This document shows, piece by piece, positions 1 through 12,349 of a DNA stretch of 64,000 nt (position 1 is its first letter; each line of letters begins with the position of its first letter). This DNA is from Camelus dromedarius (lineage: Eukaryota). The notes beneath the pieces were generated by a model. That model was not told the DNA's origin and ran no database searches. It saw nothing but the letters and a program-made list of their open reading frames with translations. The translations under genes and the position numbers were made by a program. The stretch spans positions 70,124,001-70,188,000 of the forward strand of contig NC_087436.1 in the NCBI RefSeq assembly GCF_036321535.1. Reading direction: 5' to 3'.

Positions 1-1399
1 AAATCTATTAAGGGAATATATGAAAGCCAATACAGTACAATAGGTGGCTATAATATAGAGTGGATTCCAAAGCCAAACTGTCCGGGTTCAATTCTAGTTC
101 TACCATTTACTAATTTTATGACCTCACTTAAACTCCATGTGCCTCAGCTTCCTAAATTAGAGATTACCATGATACTTCCCCATAGGGATGAACGTCAAGG
201 GCTTATAACAGTACTGACACATAATAACTACTCTCAATGTTCGCTATTATTATTGCTGCATAGTCCAGGAGAAACTGAGATCAGTTTAAGCTAATCTGAT
301 GGTAGAGTATCTTCAACAATCAGAACTCATGTCCTGAAGAAAGTGTCCTAATATCACTTATGTGTCATTCATAAACCCCTACCTTCTACAGTAAAAAAAT
401 CCCACAAAGGACTTAGAATAAGGCAAAAGGGTATTTTAAAAAAAAAACTATTGGCCCTTATTATGTGTAGTTTGCTAGCTCCTGAGCCAGGCATCACAAT
501 AATGTAATAGATTCAAGTTGATGATAAATTATAGTTGCCACAAACACAATGGTTAAATGTCAAATGTTATTTAATATTTATTATTTTTCTCTGAGGACAC
601 AGTGTTTTTCTTTTTAATTTTCATAGGCTGATGATATAATAAAGCATTAATCCATCTTTTCAGCAATACAAATTTTTAAAGAAAACAATTTCCTCACCTA
701 AGTGGCAAATAATTCCAAGATTAAGCTATGGAAGATTAGACTATGGGAGCTGCTCGAACTGAAGAACTGACTTCTGAACTGTTAATCAAAAAGATCTGAG
801 AATGTTTAATACTTTCTGAATATGCACTGGATATCGCAACTCTATTCTAAATAGTTAGGAAATGTAAAGTTTAGTATAAACCAAATAACATTAGAGCAAT
901 GTGATCATTCCCATTAAAAATATCTAAAATATTTTTCTACCTTCTCTATAACAGCATATGCATTTGTTAAGTATGACTACAAAGTCTTAAATAGTTATCA
1001 ATAAAAATGAACAGAAAAATTGAGATTCATTATGTGCCTAAATAGAACTTGATGTTTAGATATAATGAAAATTTAACACACCTAAAGCAAAGATATAATT
1101 ACATCCCAGCTTGGATGCAACATCCTTTAAGCAATATTCCCAGAATAACAATCCAGAGGTGATCTCTCAACCCTCTGATCTCTCACAGCACTGGGTTTAC
1201 ATTACACACTGCCTTAGATTTTAGTAATCATATGCATATGTTCTTTTCTGCCTGATTATAATCTCCTTGAGAGAGGAGTCTGTGGCTAATTCACCTTTGG
1301 ATCTACTACAGCATGTAGCATTCTGCTACAATTAGTAAGCAGTTAATATTTGCTGAATGACAAAACATATTAAAATATACATTCAAAAATGAATTCTGG

Positions 1400-2248
1400 A
1401 GCCATTATTAAAAAGTCTACAAATGATAAATGCTGGGGGGAAAATGATAAATGCTGGAGAGGGTGTGAAGAAAGGAGAATCCTCCCACACGACTGGTGGT
1501 AATGTAATTTGGTACAGCCACTATGGAAAACAGTATGGAGATTCTTTAAAAAAACAAAAATAGACTTACCATATGATCCAGCAATCCCACACCTGGGCAT
1601 ATATCCAGAGAAAATTCTAAGTTAAAGAGATACATGCACCCCAATGTTCATGGCAGCACTGTTTATAATAGGCAAAGACCTGGAAGCAACCTAAACGTCC
1701 ATCGACAGATGACTGGATAAGGAAGTTGTGTGTGTGTGTATATATATGTATATATATATACACACACACACATACACACATATACATACATACATACATA
1801 CAATGGACTACTAAACCATAAAAAATAATGAAATAAAGCCATTTGCAGCAACATGGATGGACCTAGAGATAATCACACTAAGTGAAGTAAGTCAGACAAA
1901 GACAAATACCATATGATATCACTTACATGTGGAATCTTAAGAAATGATACAAATGAACATATTTACAAATTAGAGATAGACTCACAGACAAAAAACAAAG
2001 TTATGATCACCAAAATGGGGAGGAAGGAGGGATAAATTAGGAGTTTGGGATTAGCAGACTCAAACTACTACATACAAAATAGATTAACAAGGTCTTAATG
2101 TATAGCACAGGAAACATAATGAAAAAGAATATGAAAAAGTACATATGTATATTGAATAACTGAATCACTATGCTGTACACCAGAAACTAACCCAACATTG
2201 TAAATGAACTATAGTTCAATTTTTTTAACTTCCTCAATTAAAAAAAAA
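1400..2248 (+). mobile_element. 5'-truncated LINE-1 (ORF2 end + 3' UTR + A tail) with an internal (TG)/(TA)/(CA) microsatellite at ~1726-1801
   Basis: Typical L1 3' motifs (ccatatgatccagcaatcccac, gcagcaacatggatggacctagag, ctatgctgtacaccagaaac). Confidence 0.9.
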
Positions 2249-3699
2249 TTCCGTGCTTACCATCAAAACATAAGACTTTTACCCACACCTTTTTTATTCA
2301 TTAAACCATAGTTCCTGAAATCTTATAATGGTTTTTAAATGCTTAAGATAACCTTTAGCACTTTAAAAATATTTAGCTCAAAATATCACTTTTCTGAAAA
2401 ATTGTATTATTTTTCATAACGTAATGACACTATGCTTTCGACAAAGAAATTGTTGCCATTAATTTTGGCAACTTATCAAAAGGTCAGCTTCTAACTTCCC
2501 ACATTTGAAGGAGCCATAATACCTAACATATGTAATGAATATGAACCTATCACATGTAATGTGTAGACACTTAAACCTTGAGTTACTCTTAGATTGCAGG
2601 GCAATCCTGTCACACGTCTAGTCCTAGAAATAATTCTAAAGACAAATTTGACCAATTCTTCCCTTATTTTCACCCTCTTCTTCAAATACTTTAATTTGAG
2701 CTCTTGGTTTCTTTCATCCACCCCGCATAGCCTACCCTCTGGAAAAAGTTCAAACGCATTCACACAGAATTGGCGAAGGACTGGTAACAGCTGAATGTGA
2801 GGGCCTGGTGTCGGAGCCCTGTCCCAGGTTTCTGTGCTAGATTTGCTAATGTAATCTCCCCAAGTCTCTGTTTCCAAATGTGTAAAATAAAGACACTGTG
2901 GTTGGAATCAATGATTCCTAAAATCCACTCCAACTCAGGTTAACTCCTTTAGGGATATTGGGAGCCCCACGCATCATTCACTCTCCGTTTACGTAGCACC
3001 TGAGGTAGACAGATAATCAAATACTGTAATTTCAACACTTATTCATTAAACAAATCTTCACTGAATACTCACTGTGTGCCAGACACTGTATTGTGTGCTT
3101 GCAATACTATAGTTCACAGAGCTCTACCAGATGATACAAACGAACTGAGGAAAAGACAACTAAGGGAGTTAAAGAAGAGCTCGAAGAGGTGATGCTTAAG
3201 CTGCTCTTCAGTATGGCAGAACTTTCCCAAGTGGGGCGGGAGCACTAAATCCTGTTTGGTAAGGAGGATAGATGGCGCGTACAAAAAGACAGCGATGTGA
3301 AAAGCACGTTGAGTGTTTTCAGCAGCTGAAGGCCGGGTAATACAGGACAAGGGTTCACAGTACTCATTATAATTATAATCTGGCACGTTTTGAGTGATTA
3401 TTTGATCAACGCTTGTTCCCCGCTGGACAAGTTCCACGAGGGCAGGAACAGCGTCTGCTTTCGCCCACATTATTCTCCCAGAGCCTAAGACGCCACCTTG
3501 TGCCTATTAAGTGTTTGGAGAGTTCAAGGGTTCGCCCCTGAGACATAAAATGTGTCACCTCCAAAATATCTTAAAGAAGGAACACTTTCCACTACAAGAA
3601 AGAGACATAGCGAGCGGTGCCTGCTGCGCCCAGTTGAGTTCCTCGGGAAAAGTATTTCCACCGTCGCCCTCAGCAACACCCTCAGGGACACATACCCAC

Positions 3700-4500
3700 T
3701 GCAGTAACCGAGCCCTGAGTGCAGGGAGCTGAGGGGGGCTGACACCCGCCCGGAGGCCGGGCCTGCGCTCTCGCCCCGCCGCCGCCGCCGCCTCAGGCTC
3801 CGGTGCCCAGAAACGTCATACTTGGACGTTGCGGAGACAAAAACCTGATTAACTGCCAGACTTACAGGAGAAGACAAAACAATTCCAGTAAACAAGGAAA
3901 GCTTATACACTAGCAGTCAGCTTCCGGTTGGTGACGCCCAGGACAGAAGGAGTGCAGCTCACCACACAGCCGGCCGGCCTCTCCTGGGCCTAGAGCTAGA
4001 GCGCCCTCTCACGGTCCCGATGACTTCGCGTCGCCGTTCACGAAGCCGTCCCCCGAGCCACGCCCAGGCTCGCGAGATTAAGAACAGAAGTCTCTCTGAA
4101 GGGCTCCAGGGAACTGAACTTCCTATGCCTATTGTTCCTGCACGGAACGGCCTGAAGGACCAACCGGAAGTAGGGGTTCAAACGCTACACGGAGAGCATT
4201 CTGGGGACCGGAAGGAAGTGGAATCTCTTGCGTCCAACTGGAGTGCCGGCAAACGCGCGTGGTAGGAGAGTGCGCGGCTGTTAACAGAAGCTCGTTGCGG
4301 GAGCGCGTGGCTGGTGCGTGGAGGTCAGAGGTGACCAGAAGCCAGACGTCGGTGTAGAAGCTGAGTCCGCGCGAGCTATGGTGGGGAGATCCCGGCGGCG
4401 CGGAGCGGCCAAGTGGGCTGCTGCGAGAGGCAAGGCAGATCACGGCCCGGCCGACGAAAATGATTTAGAATCTCCACCCTCACCGGGGGACTCCAGCTAC
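3700..4500. promoter_or_regulatory. CpG-island promoter of UTP3
   Basis: Sharp rise in GC and CpG content; ETS/GABPA-type sites CTTCCGG (~3921) and CCGGAAGT (~4164); a TCTCGCGAGA-like motif at ~4068-4077. Confidence 0.8.
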
Positions 4501-5802
4501 TACCAGGATAAGGTAGATGATTTCCATGAGGCCCGATCTCGGGCCGCCTTGACTAAGGGCTGGAGCGAAGTGGAGAGTGGGGACGAGGAGGAGGATGGCG
4601 ATGAGGAGGAGGAGGTGCTTGCCATAGATGTTGCTGATGAGGACGACGAAGATGGAGAGAGTACGGGGGATGAGGAGGATGACGATGAAGATGGTGGGAG
4701 CTCTGTGCAGAGTGAGGCAGAGGCCTCGGTGGATCCTAGTTTGTCGTGGGGTCATAGGAAAAAACTTTACTATGACACGGACTATGGTTCCAAGTCCCGA
4801 GGCCGGCAGAGTCAACAAGAAGTAGAGGAAGAGGAAAGAGAGGAGGAAGAGGAGGCACAGCTCATTCAGCGGCGCCTAGCCCAAGACCTGCAAGAGGACG
4901 ATTTTGGAGTCACCTGGGTGGAGGCCTTTGCAAAACCGGTGCCTCAGGTAAATGAGGCTGAGACACGAGTCGTGAAGGATTTGGCAAAAGTTTCGGTGAA
5001 AGAGAAGCTGAAAATGCTGCGGAAGGAATCACCAGAGCTCTTGGAGCTGATAGATGACCTTCAAGTTAAGTTGACAGAGATGAAGGATGAGCTGGAGCCA
5101 TTGCTCCGGTTGGTGGAACAAAGGATCATTCCACCCGGAAAAGGAAGCCAGTACCTGAGGACCAAGTACAACCTCTATTTGAACTACTGCTCCAACATCA
5201 GTTTTTATTTGATCCTGAAAGCTAGGAGAGTCCCTGCACATGGACATCCTGTCATAGAAAGGCTTGTTACCTACAGAAATTTGATCAACAAGCTGTCAGT
5301 TGTGGATCAGAAGCTCTCCTCCGAGATTCGTCATCTACTCACACTTAAAGATGGTGCAGGAAAGAAAGAACTGAATCTAAAAGCAAAATCCACGAAGACC
5401 AAGCCAAAATCTGTTTCAGAGACTTCTGCTGCTGCCTCTGCTGTTACAGACCTTTCTGATGATTCTGATTTTCTTGAAGAAGCTGCATTGAAATACTATA
5501 AAGAAGTAGAAGACAGGCAAAAATTGAAGAGAAAGAAAGAAGAAAATAGTACTGAAGAACAGGCTCTTGAAGATCCAAATGCAAAGAGAGCCATTACTTA
5601 CCAGATTGCTAAAAACAGGGGACTTACACCCAGGAGAAAGAAGATTGATCGAAATCCCAGAGTGAAACACCGGGAGAAGTTCAGAAGAGCCAAAATTCGC
5701 AGAAGAGGCCAGGTTCGTGAAGTTCGTAGAGAAGAGCAACGTTATAGTGGTGAACTATCTGGCATTCGTGCAGGAGTTAAAAAGAGCATTAAGCTTAAAT
5801 AA
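4378..5802 (+). CDS. UTP3: UTP3/SAS10 small-subunit processome component, intronless, 474 aa
   Basis: Uninterrupted ORF from ATG 4378 (gctATGg context; MVGRSRRRGAAKWAA) with an acidic N-terminal region, a Sas10/Utp3/C1D domain (LRKESPELLELI...YLRTKYNLYLNYCSNISFYL) and a Sas10 C-terminal domain (KRAITYQIAKNRGLTPRRKKIDRNPRVKHREK...SIKLK). The ORF-track start at 4318 is a GTG. Confidence 0.97.
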   Translation: MVGRSRRRGAAKWAAARGKADHGPADENDLESPPSPGDSSYYQDKVDDFHEARSRAALTKGWSEVESGDEEEDGDEEEEVLAIDVADEDDEDGESTGDEEDDDEDGGSSVQSEAEASVDPSLSWGHRKKLYYDTDYGSKSRGRQSQQEVEEEEREEEEEAQLIQRRLAQDLQEDDFGVTWVEAFAKPVPQVNEAETRVVKDLAKVSVKEKLKMLRKESPELLELIDDLQVKLTEMKDELEPLLRLVEQRIIPPGKGSQYLRTKYNLYLNYCSNISFYLILKARRVPAHGHPVIERLVTYRNLINKLSVVDQKLSSEIRHLLTLKDGAGKKELNLKAKSTKTKPKSVSETSAAASAVTDLSDDSDFLEEAALKYYKEVEDRQKLKRKKEENSTEEQALEDPNAKRAITYQIAKNRGLTPRRKKIDRNPRVKHREKFRRAKIRRRGQVREVRREEQRYSGELSGIRAGVKKSIKLK

Positions 5803-5851
5803 AATATTTGCTTAGCTTAAGGTTTTTTTGGCAAAATTTTAGATTAATAAA
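5798..5851 (+). terminator. UTP3 polyadenylation signals
   Basis: AATAAA at 5798-5803 overlaps the TAA stop codon; a second AATAAA at 5846-5851 is followed by T-rich sequence. Confidence 0.6.
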
Positions 5852-7307
5852 TTTTTATTTTTCACTGAAGTTACTATTAATATTTAATTCCTAATCTTAA
5901 ATTTTAAAAATTCTTGTCAAAAGGGGAATTTGTTTGGGTTATTCCTCAATTAATTTGTCTTTTCATTTATAATCAGGGCAGTAAGAACTTTGGGAGCAAT
6001 ATGAATGTGCTTGGGAAAACAGATGGTTTTGGGAAAAGTTCTCCAATATTCTGTCAAGTAGTAACCTAGGGAAATTTCACAGCTGGTTGTGGAGCAACCA
6101 TCAAACTTGGAATACTTTTATAATTTTTCATGTAAAGTGAAGAGAATGCATCTTTGGCAATTATCTTATTTGTAAGATAGCTTTTAAAATAGTTTTGACA
6201 CATTATTTCACTTAAGTATAATTCTTGAGCAGTACTTGTTAATAATGGGTTGAATGTTAACTTCAGGATTTTGTACCCTTAATTGTGGTAAAAGCTTAGG
6301 AATGAAGAAGAACTTGGTTAAAAATAGAAAAAGATACATCTTAATTACATTGTGAATATTTTTTGATAGTCGTTAAATGTGGTAAATAAGATAATAATTC
6401 CATTTCCCCTTCTGTACTGGTGACTTGTAGTGTGCTATTTGTACATTCCACCTGCTGAAAATTTGGTGTGATTACCACTAGGTTAGTGGTAACTTCAAGT
6501 GGTAATGAGTTACATTTTTCTTTACAATTACTTTGGTCTTTACAGTAGGGAAAAGATGAAAGGGTGAACTTAAAAATACATAGGATGATGCCAGGGAAGA
6601 AATGAGAGGACTAGTGAAGAAAATCACAAAGGACATCTTAACTATGTCACTGTTTATTCATTAAACATCGTGCTAGCTGCTAGAGGTGCAGAGATGATCA
6701 GTGGTTAATATTTATTAAAACACTTGCCTTAACTTTGTAAAGTGGTACTGTTCTCTCTATCAGACGAGGATGCTGAAATTCCAGGAGGCTAACCTTCTAA
6801 AGAACACGTGCTTGGGATTTGGACCCAAACCGGCCTTCATTCTTTTAATCTCTGATTTACAGCTGCTGCCTCAGAGCAGCACACATGCCAAATTATTTTC
6901 TTTTGTTTTCTTAAAAGAGGTAGGCTGGAAATAAAAGCTTATATTGAATGGAAAGGTACTGTTGTTTTAAGCATTTTATTTGTTATTTCCTTATTCCCCA
7001 CAACTCTTATGTAGTAAGTTCTATTATTATCCATATTTTAAAGATGAGACAACTGGCAAAGTTAAGAACCTTTCTCAAGGTCATATAGGTATCAAGTGGT
7101 AGAGCCAGGATTTCAGCCTACCCTTTCTGGCTTAAGACCCCTATCCTGTACTTCCTTCTCTGATATAGTAGAAAAAGTACAGGTATTAGAGGTAACTTAC
7201 TAGGGTGATTTTGAGTTAATTACTTGATATCTGACTCATTTTCTTCATTTATGTGATACTATTATTGTAACTACCTTGGGGAGCTAATATAACAATGGTG
7301 AAGAACT

Positions 7308-8143
7308 GAAGATAATGGAAAGTATATATATTGATTTCTGCCCCCAGTTTCTGGCACAGAACTAAAACCCTTGTAAAATCCTAAGTGATAAGAGCACTGG
7401 GAGCATCATTTGTTTTAATGAGGTGACTCTGGGTGGGCTCCTGGATGAGAGCTGGTCGCCAGAAAGACCAAGCCGTGATTATAAGCTTGTAATTTTCAGC
7501 CCCAGATCCCCATGCTCCAGAGAAAGGAGAGGGGCTGGAGGTGGAGTTAATAATTGGTCATATCTACCTGAAGAAGTCTCCACAAAATCCCAATAGTATG
7601 GAGTTTGAGGAGCTTCTAGGGTCGTAAACATCTACATACTGGGATGGTGATGCACACAACTTCATGGGGACATGAGCTCCTGTGCTGGGGAACCTGCCAG
7701 GCTTCACTGTATGTACCTCTTTATCTGGCGGTTCATCTACATCATATCCTTTACTAAACTGTAAACGTCAGTGTTCCTTGAGCTCTGTGAGCTGCTCTAG
7801 CAAATTAATCAAACCCAAGGAGGGAGTTGTGACACCCTCAGATTTATAGTCGGTAAGTCAGAAGCACAGATGCCAATCAAAAGCACCTGGACTTTTGATT
7901 GGCATCTGAAGTGGGGTAAGGGATAGGGGCAGTCTTGTGGAACCAAGCTCAACCTGTGGGATCTGATGCCATCTCCAGGTAGATAGTGTCAGAATTGAAT
8001 TAAATTGCAGGACACCCAGCTTGTGTTGCAGAGAATTGCTTTGTGGGGGAAGGAAAAAATTACATGTGGTGTCAGAGTGTTTAGAGTGTGTATAACAGTG
8101 TGACAGTAAAGGAGAAACACAGGTGGAAAACTCAGTTTTTCCA
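7308..8143 (+). mobile_element. MER21-like solo LTR nested in a MIR
   Basis: MER21-type motifs (ctggcacagaactaaaacccttg...gtgataagagca; tccaggtagatagtgtcagaattgaattaaattgcaggacacccag). MIR-like sequence lies on both flanks (to ~8360). Boundaries are approximate. Confidence 0.7.
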
Positions 8144-9220
8144 ATTCAACAGCAGACTTTACCCCCTGCCCCATTTCCATCACTTAGTACTTGTGATATT
8201 GGGCACATTACTTGATCTCTCTTCTTCATTTTTTCATCTGGGGATAGTAGTAGTAGTACCTATTTCATAGAGTTATTATGAAGATAAAGTGAATTAATAC
8301 ATATAAAGCACTTAGAACAATGCCTGTTATACAGCAAACACCTAGTAAGTGTTGGCTCTTACTACAGGTTGTGACGATCACATCTAGCATGAAGATGCAC
8401 GACAAAGTATAGCTAGTCGTATGGTGATTCCTATTTGTTACAGGAACATAGAGAATAAAGTGCAGTCATATATGTAAAAATGCTTGAGAAATTAGTATTC
8501 TAAGTTTGGAACAAGGAGAAAGCATTGGGCGAGCAAGCACATGAAGGGATATAGAAAACCTGGGACAGGACAAAAACAAGGAAATGAAGTGAGCAGTTGA
8601 AAATGTTTAATGTTTTATGTCAAATCCCTGTCATGTATATAAAATTTTATGGAAAAAATGTTTTAAAGGAACAGAAGTTACTGGATTTAATGTTTACATC
8701 TTCCAAATTTTGTATTTATTTAACAAACATTTAAAGAGCCCTGAGATGTGCTGGGTACTGTCCTAACATAAACAATAAATTGTTAACTATTCAATGTGAT
8801 CATTTTTCATAGAGATTCACTTGGTGAACCCTGGAGAGTCTCATGCATAAGAGTTCCAATAAAGTAGATTACTGGTATCAGTCATCAATACAAAGCAACA
8901 ACCAATTAGTTTTATGTCAGCATGTTAAGCTATGGGCAACTATTGAAAATACAAAATATTAAAAGTAGAGGAAAATATCAAATTAGTGATCCAGTAACTT
9001 ACTCTGCTATTAGCCAGCTGACTTGCTTTGGACTAATCAATTTCTCTACGCCATAGTTTCTTACCTATATTCTTATTTATAAAGGAGTTAACATATCCCT
9101 TTAATTTTTATATAGAAATAAATTTATTTGCTTATCAAGCCTCTAAAACTGCCTTCATGGTCAAAGCTTTTGGCAAACTGGGAAATTACTTTTTGTGATC
9201 TTAAAGATAAAACTAGCTTA

Positions 9221-9360
9221 GGGAGGAAGGTATAACTCATTGGAAGAGGGCGTGCTTAGCATGCATGAGGACCTGGGTTCAATCCCCAGAACTTCCATTT
9301 AAAAAAAATAATAACAAGTAAACCTAATTACTTCCCCCCCAAAACAAACAACACCAAAAA
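9221..9360 (+). mobile_element. tRNA-Ala-derived SINE (camelid Vic-1-like)
   Basis: A/B boxes, 'aacctaattac' tail and A-rich end; TSD AAAACTAGCTTAGG. Confidence 0.85.
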
Positions 9361-10344
9361 AAACTAGCTTAGGTAATGTATACAATTACATTCACATATC
9401 TGAGACAAAGAAAATGTTTGATATATCCGAGGAGTGGGTGGAGTTGCTTATTTTTCCCTTACTGGTTGTGTAAAGTAAAAGATTTTAATATGTTAAAGTA
9501 ATATAAGTTAACATTACCAAAATAATTCAGGAAAGGTGAAAATCAGCATAATTTACATCTCAGGAATCACAATGATAAACATGTACCGCTGTCTGACTAG
9601 TACATGATCCAGAAAAATCATGTAGGGGTCAACCAGAATTCCAAATCCTTCAAACCAAATTATGTTTCCGGTAATAAATCAGAGTGTAAAAAATTCTTTT
9701 AGATATTATTTCAAAACATTTGTATTTTGCTATCACAAGTTTAAACACAGAAACAGTATAGAAAATTTAACACCAACCAAATCAACAAATGTTCAACATG
9801 CGAGTTTTTAATTTTGCTTAAAGTGTATTATCTCATGTTGAAGTTACTTAATGTAGCTACTTTAGCTATGTATTCTAGAAAATGTTTTCTTGACTCTTTC
9901 AGTTATTGACTTGTGGAGGAGAAAAACTGATTTTTTAAACATTTGCTTCAAAGTGAAGCTTTACATAATAGTAAATATTAAGAATCAACATTTTTTAAAC
10001 TCTAAAACAAAACAAAAAAACCTGGAAAAAACTAATAAAATGTTCTGCCTGAAGTGCTTAGGGTAGCAATTAGGAGCTTGACCTCTGGAGCCAAGACTGA
10101 ATTTAAATCCCAGATTCACCACTTACTATGTGTCTTTGGTCTACTTAACCTCCCTATGTCCCTGTTTCCTCACATTAAATAATGTATGATTGTTATAGCC
10201 ATTTAATTTACTTAAACCATATAACATGCATTTACAATAGCAGCTGGCAAGTACTAAGTGCTTAGTGTTAGTTACTATTAATACATTAAAAATAATAAAA
10301 CTAATTTACTCTACTTGAAGGAGTTCGTTTTCTTGGTTTTATCA

Positions 10345-10528
10345 TAGTGGTTCTTAAACCTAAATTCCTAAGGATCAATTGTTAAGTTTAAAATGCAGAT
10401 TCCTGTGCCCAGCCTCCACAGATTTTTGTTTAGCTAGCCTGGTGTGGACCCAGGGATCTCTATTTTTAACAGACACCTCAGAGGATGCTGATTCAAATGG
10501 TCTATAGAACACACTTTGGGAAACACTG
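10345..10528. mobile_element. MER5-like hAT-Charlie DNA-transposon relic
   Basis: agtggttcttaaac...aaatgcagattcctg...cactttgggaaacactg, with terminal inverted repeats. Confidence 0.7.
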
Positions 10529-12230
10529 CTCTGGACACACAGCTTTTTAGGTTTCTATTCAATTATAACATAGACAAATAAGTGAAATTAACATGTACCT
10601 CTATTATAATTACAAGAATGAAACAAGATATAGTCTTACCATGAAACTTCAAAAATTCTAGGATGGCCCCTTGAGAAATCTATTGAAAGCATTGGACCTT
10701 CCTCCCAGAACAATAATACATAGGCCTAATCTCATTTTACATACCATGTCAGTGGGTTCCTAGACAAGCCAGGAGTCTCCTACCTCATAGGAAACTATAC
10801 TAGAGGACTGTTCTTTTTACCCTTAAGCATTGCTTTATATGGCTGATGTTAATACAATAGGAGATCATCTTACCATGGGTAGGAGAGGGGATTATTCAAA
10901 GTAAGTAGAAGACAAAAGAATTTGATTAGCACCTAGAATTTTTTTTTTAATATTTATTAAGTGAGCTCTTTTAGACATACATTTCTAATCATATCATGCT
11001 TGAACATACACAAAAGGGAAACTGCAGCCAAACAGATAAGTTTATTCTTTAAACTTCATATTCACTTCAGATTTTCTGAATCACTTCTATTCACGGTCCC
11101 TGATGGCCACAGAATCAAAGAATTTTATAGGATTTTAGAAAGAAGAAAAGGATTTTTAATTAAAAAAAAAAAGGAAGTCACGGGGTAGGGGTAGACAGGA
11201 CCTGAAAACTACTAGAGGAATAAATCTGTTGTGTAAAAAGAAGAAACAAAGATCTTAACTTTGGGAGTAGACACATTGGTAGAAGAGATAGGAACTTTAC
11301 AGTCAGAGCAATTAACTCTTTAGTTAGGATGCTATGGGACCTCAAAGGAGGCACATACCTCTAAGGAAGGCAAAGAAGATCTGTTCGAGTAGAATCTTGG
11401 AAGAGTGGATGTGGTAATATGAGGAATGCCAAACATGTTAAAGTTTATCCAGAGGCAACAGGGTAGAAAGATAATACTGGAAAGGTGGGGAGGGATTAGA
11501 TCATGAAAAAGTTTAAGGAGCTGAGATTGTATCCCAGACATGGAGAAGGCAACCAAGGTTTTTAAGAATCAGTATGGTAGAATTAGATCAACTTTCAGAA
11601 AAAAGTACTCAGTCTAGCTGCTGTAGAACAATGGAGTTAGAATAAATTTAAAATAGGGATATGAAAACCAGCGAGGAGTCCTTTGCAATAATAGGCAAAA
11701 ATGATGAAGATTTCAATTAAAGTAGAGAGGACAAATTCAGGGACAGATCTGAGGGAAATTTAGAAGAGAATTTTTAAAAGAGAGCATGATAATTGGAACA
11801 AAGTATGGACAAAGCCATGGAAGGTCAGCAAAAACAACCAACCAAGTAGTTTCAGAAATTCTATTATGTTACAACTCTAAATAGGCACAAAATATGATAA
11901 GCTCCTCTAGGGTAGGCATCTTGAATTCTACTTCTCCACAGTATACACATGGAACACAACTTTGCTGTTAGTAGATCTTCATTAAAAAGATATAATTATC
12001 AAACTTAATCGAAATGGTCCCTCAACATTTTTTATTTTCTATTAATAAAGTAACATTCATTATAGACTACTTGCATATAAAGAGAATTAGAAAAATGGAA
12101 AAATACATCCATATTTCTACCACCCAAAGAAAACTGCCATTGTTTGATCTTGTTGATTAAGGTAACTACATTTCTTAAGAGTGCATTGTACTTTTAATCA
12201 GAGTATTGTATTAAGAGTAGAGCTTATAGG

Positions 12231-12330
12231 GATCCGGCATAGCTCAGTGGTAGAATGCATGCTTAACATGCACAAGGTTCTGAGTTCAATGCCCAGTACC
12301 TTCACTAACAACAGCAACCAGAAAAATCAC
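12231..12330 (+). mobile_element. Short tRNA-Ala-derived SINE
   Basis: tagctcagtggtagaatgcatgcttaacatgcacaaggttctgagttcaat; 19-bp TSD (17/19 identical) at 12212-12230 and 12331-12349. Confidence 0.8.
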
Positions 12331-12349
12331 TAAGAGTAGTGCTCATAGG

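Noticed and set aside
4318..4377. 20-aa N-terminal extension of UTP3 in the ORF track
   Set aside because: It starts at GTG; the recognisable protein starts at ATG 4378.
9221..9300. tRNA-Ala-like sequences (here and at six other sites) as tRNA genes
   Set aside because: They carry SINE tails, A-rich ends and TSDs, and have stem-disrupting substitutions.
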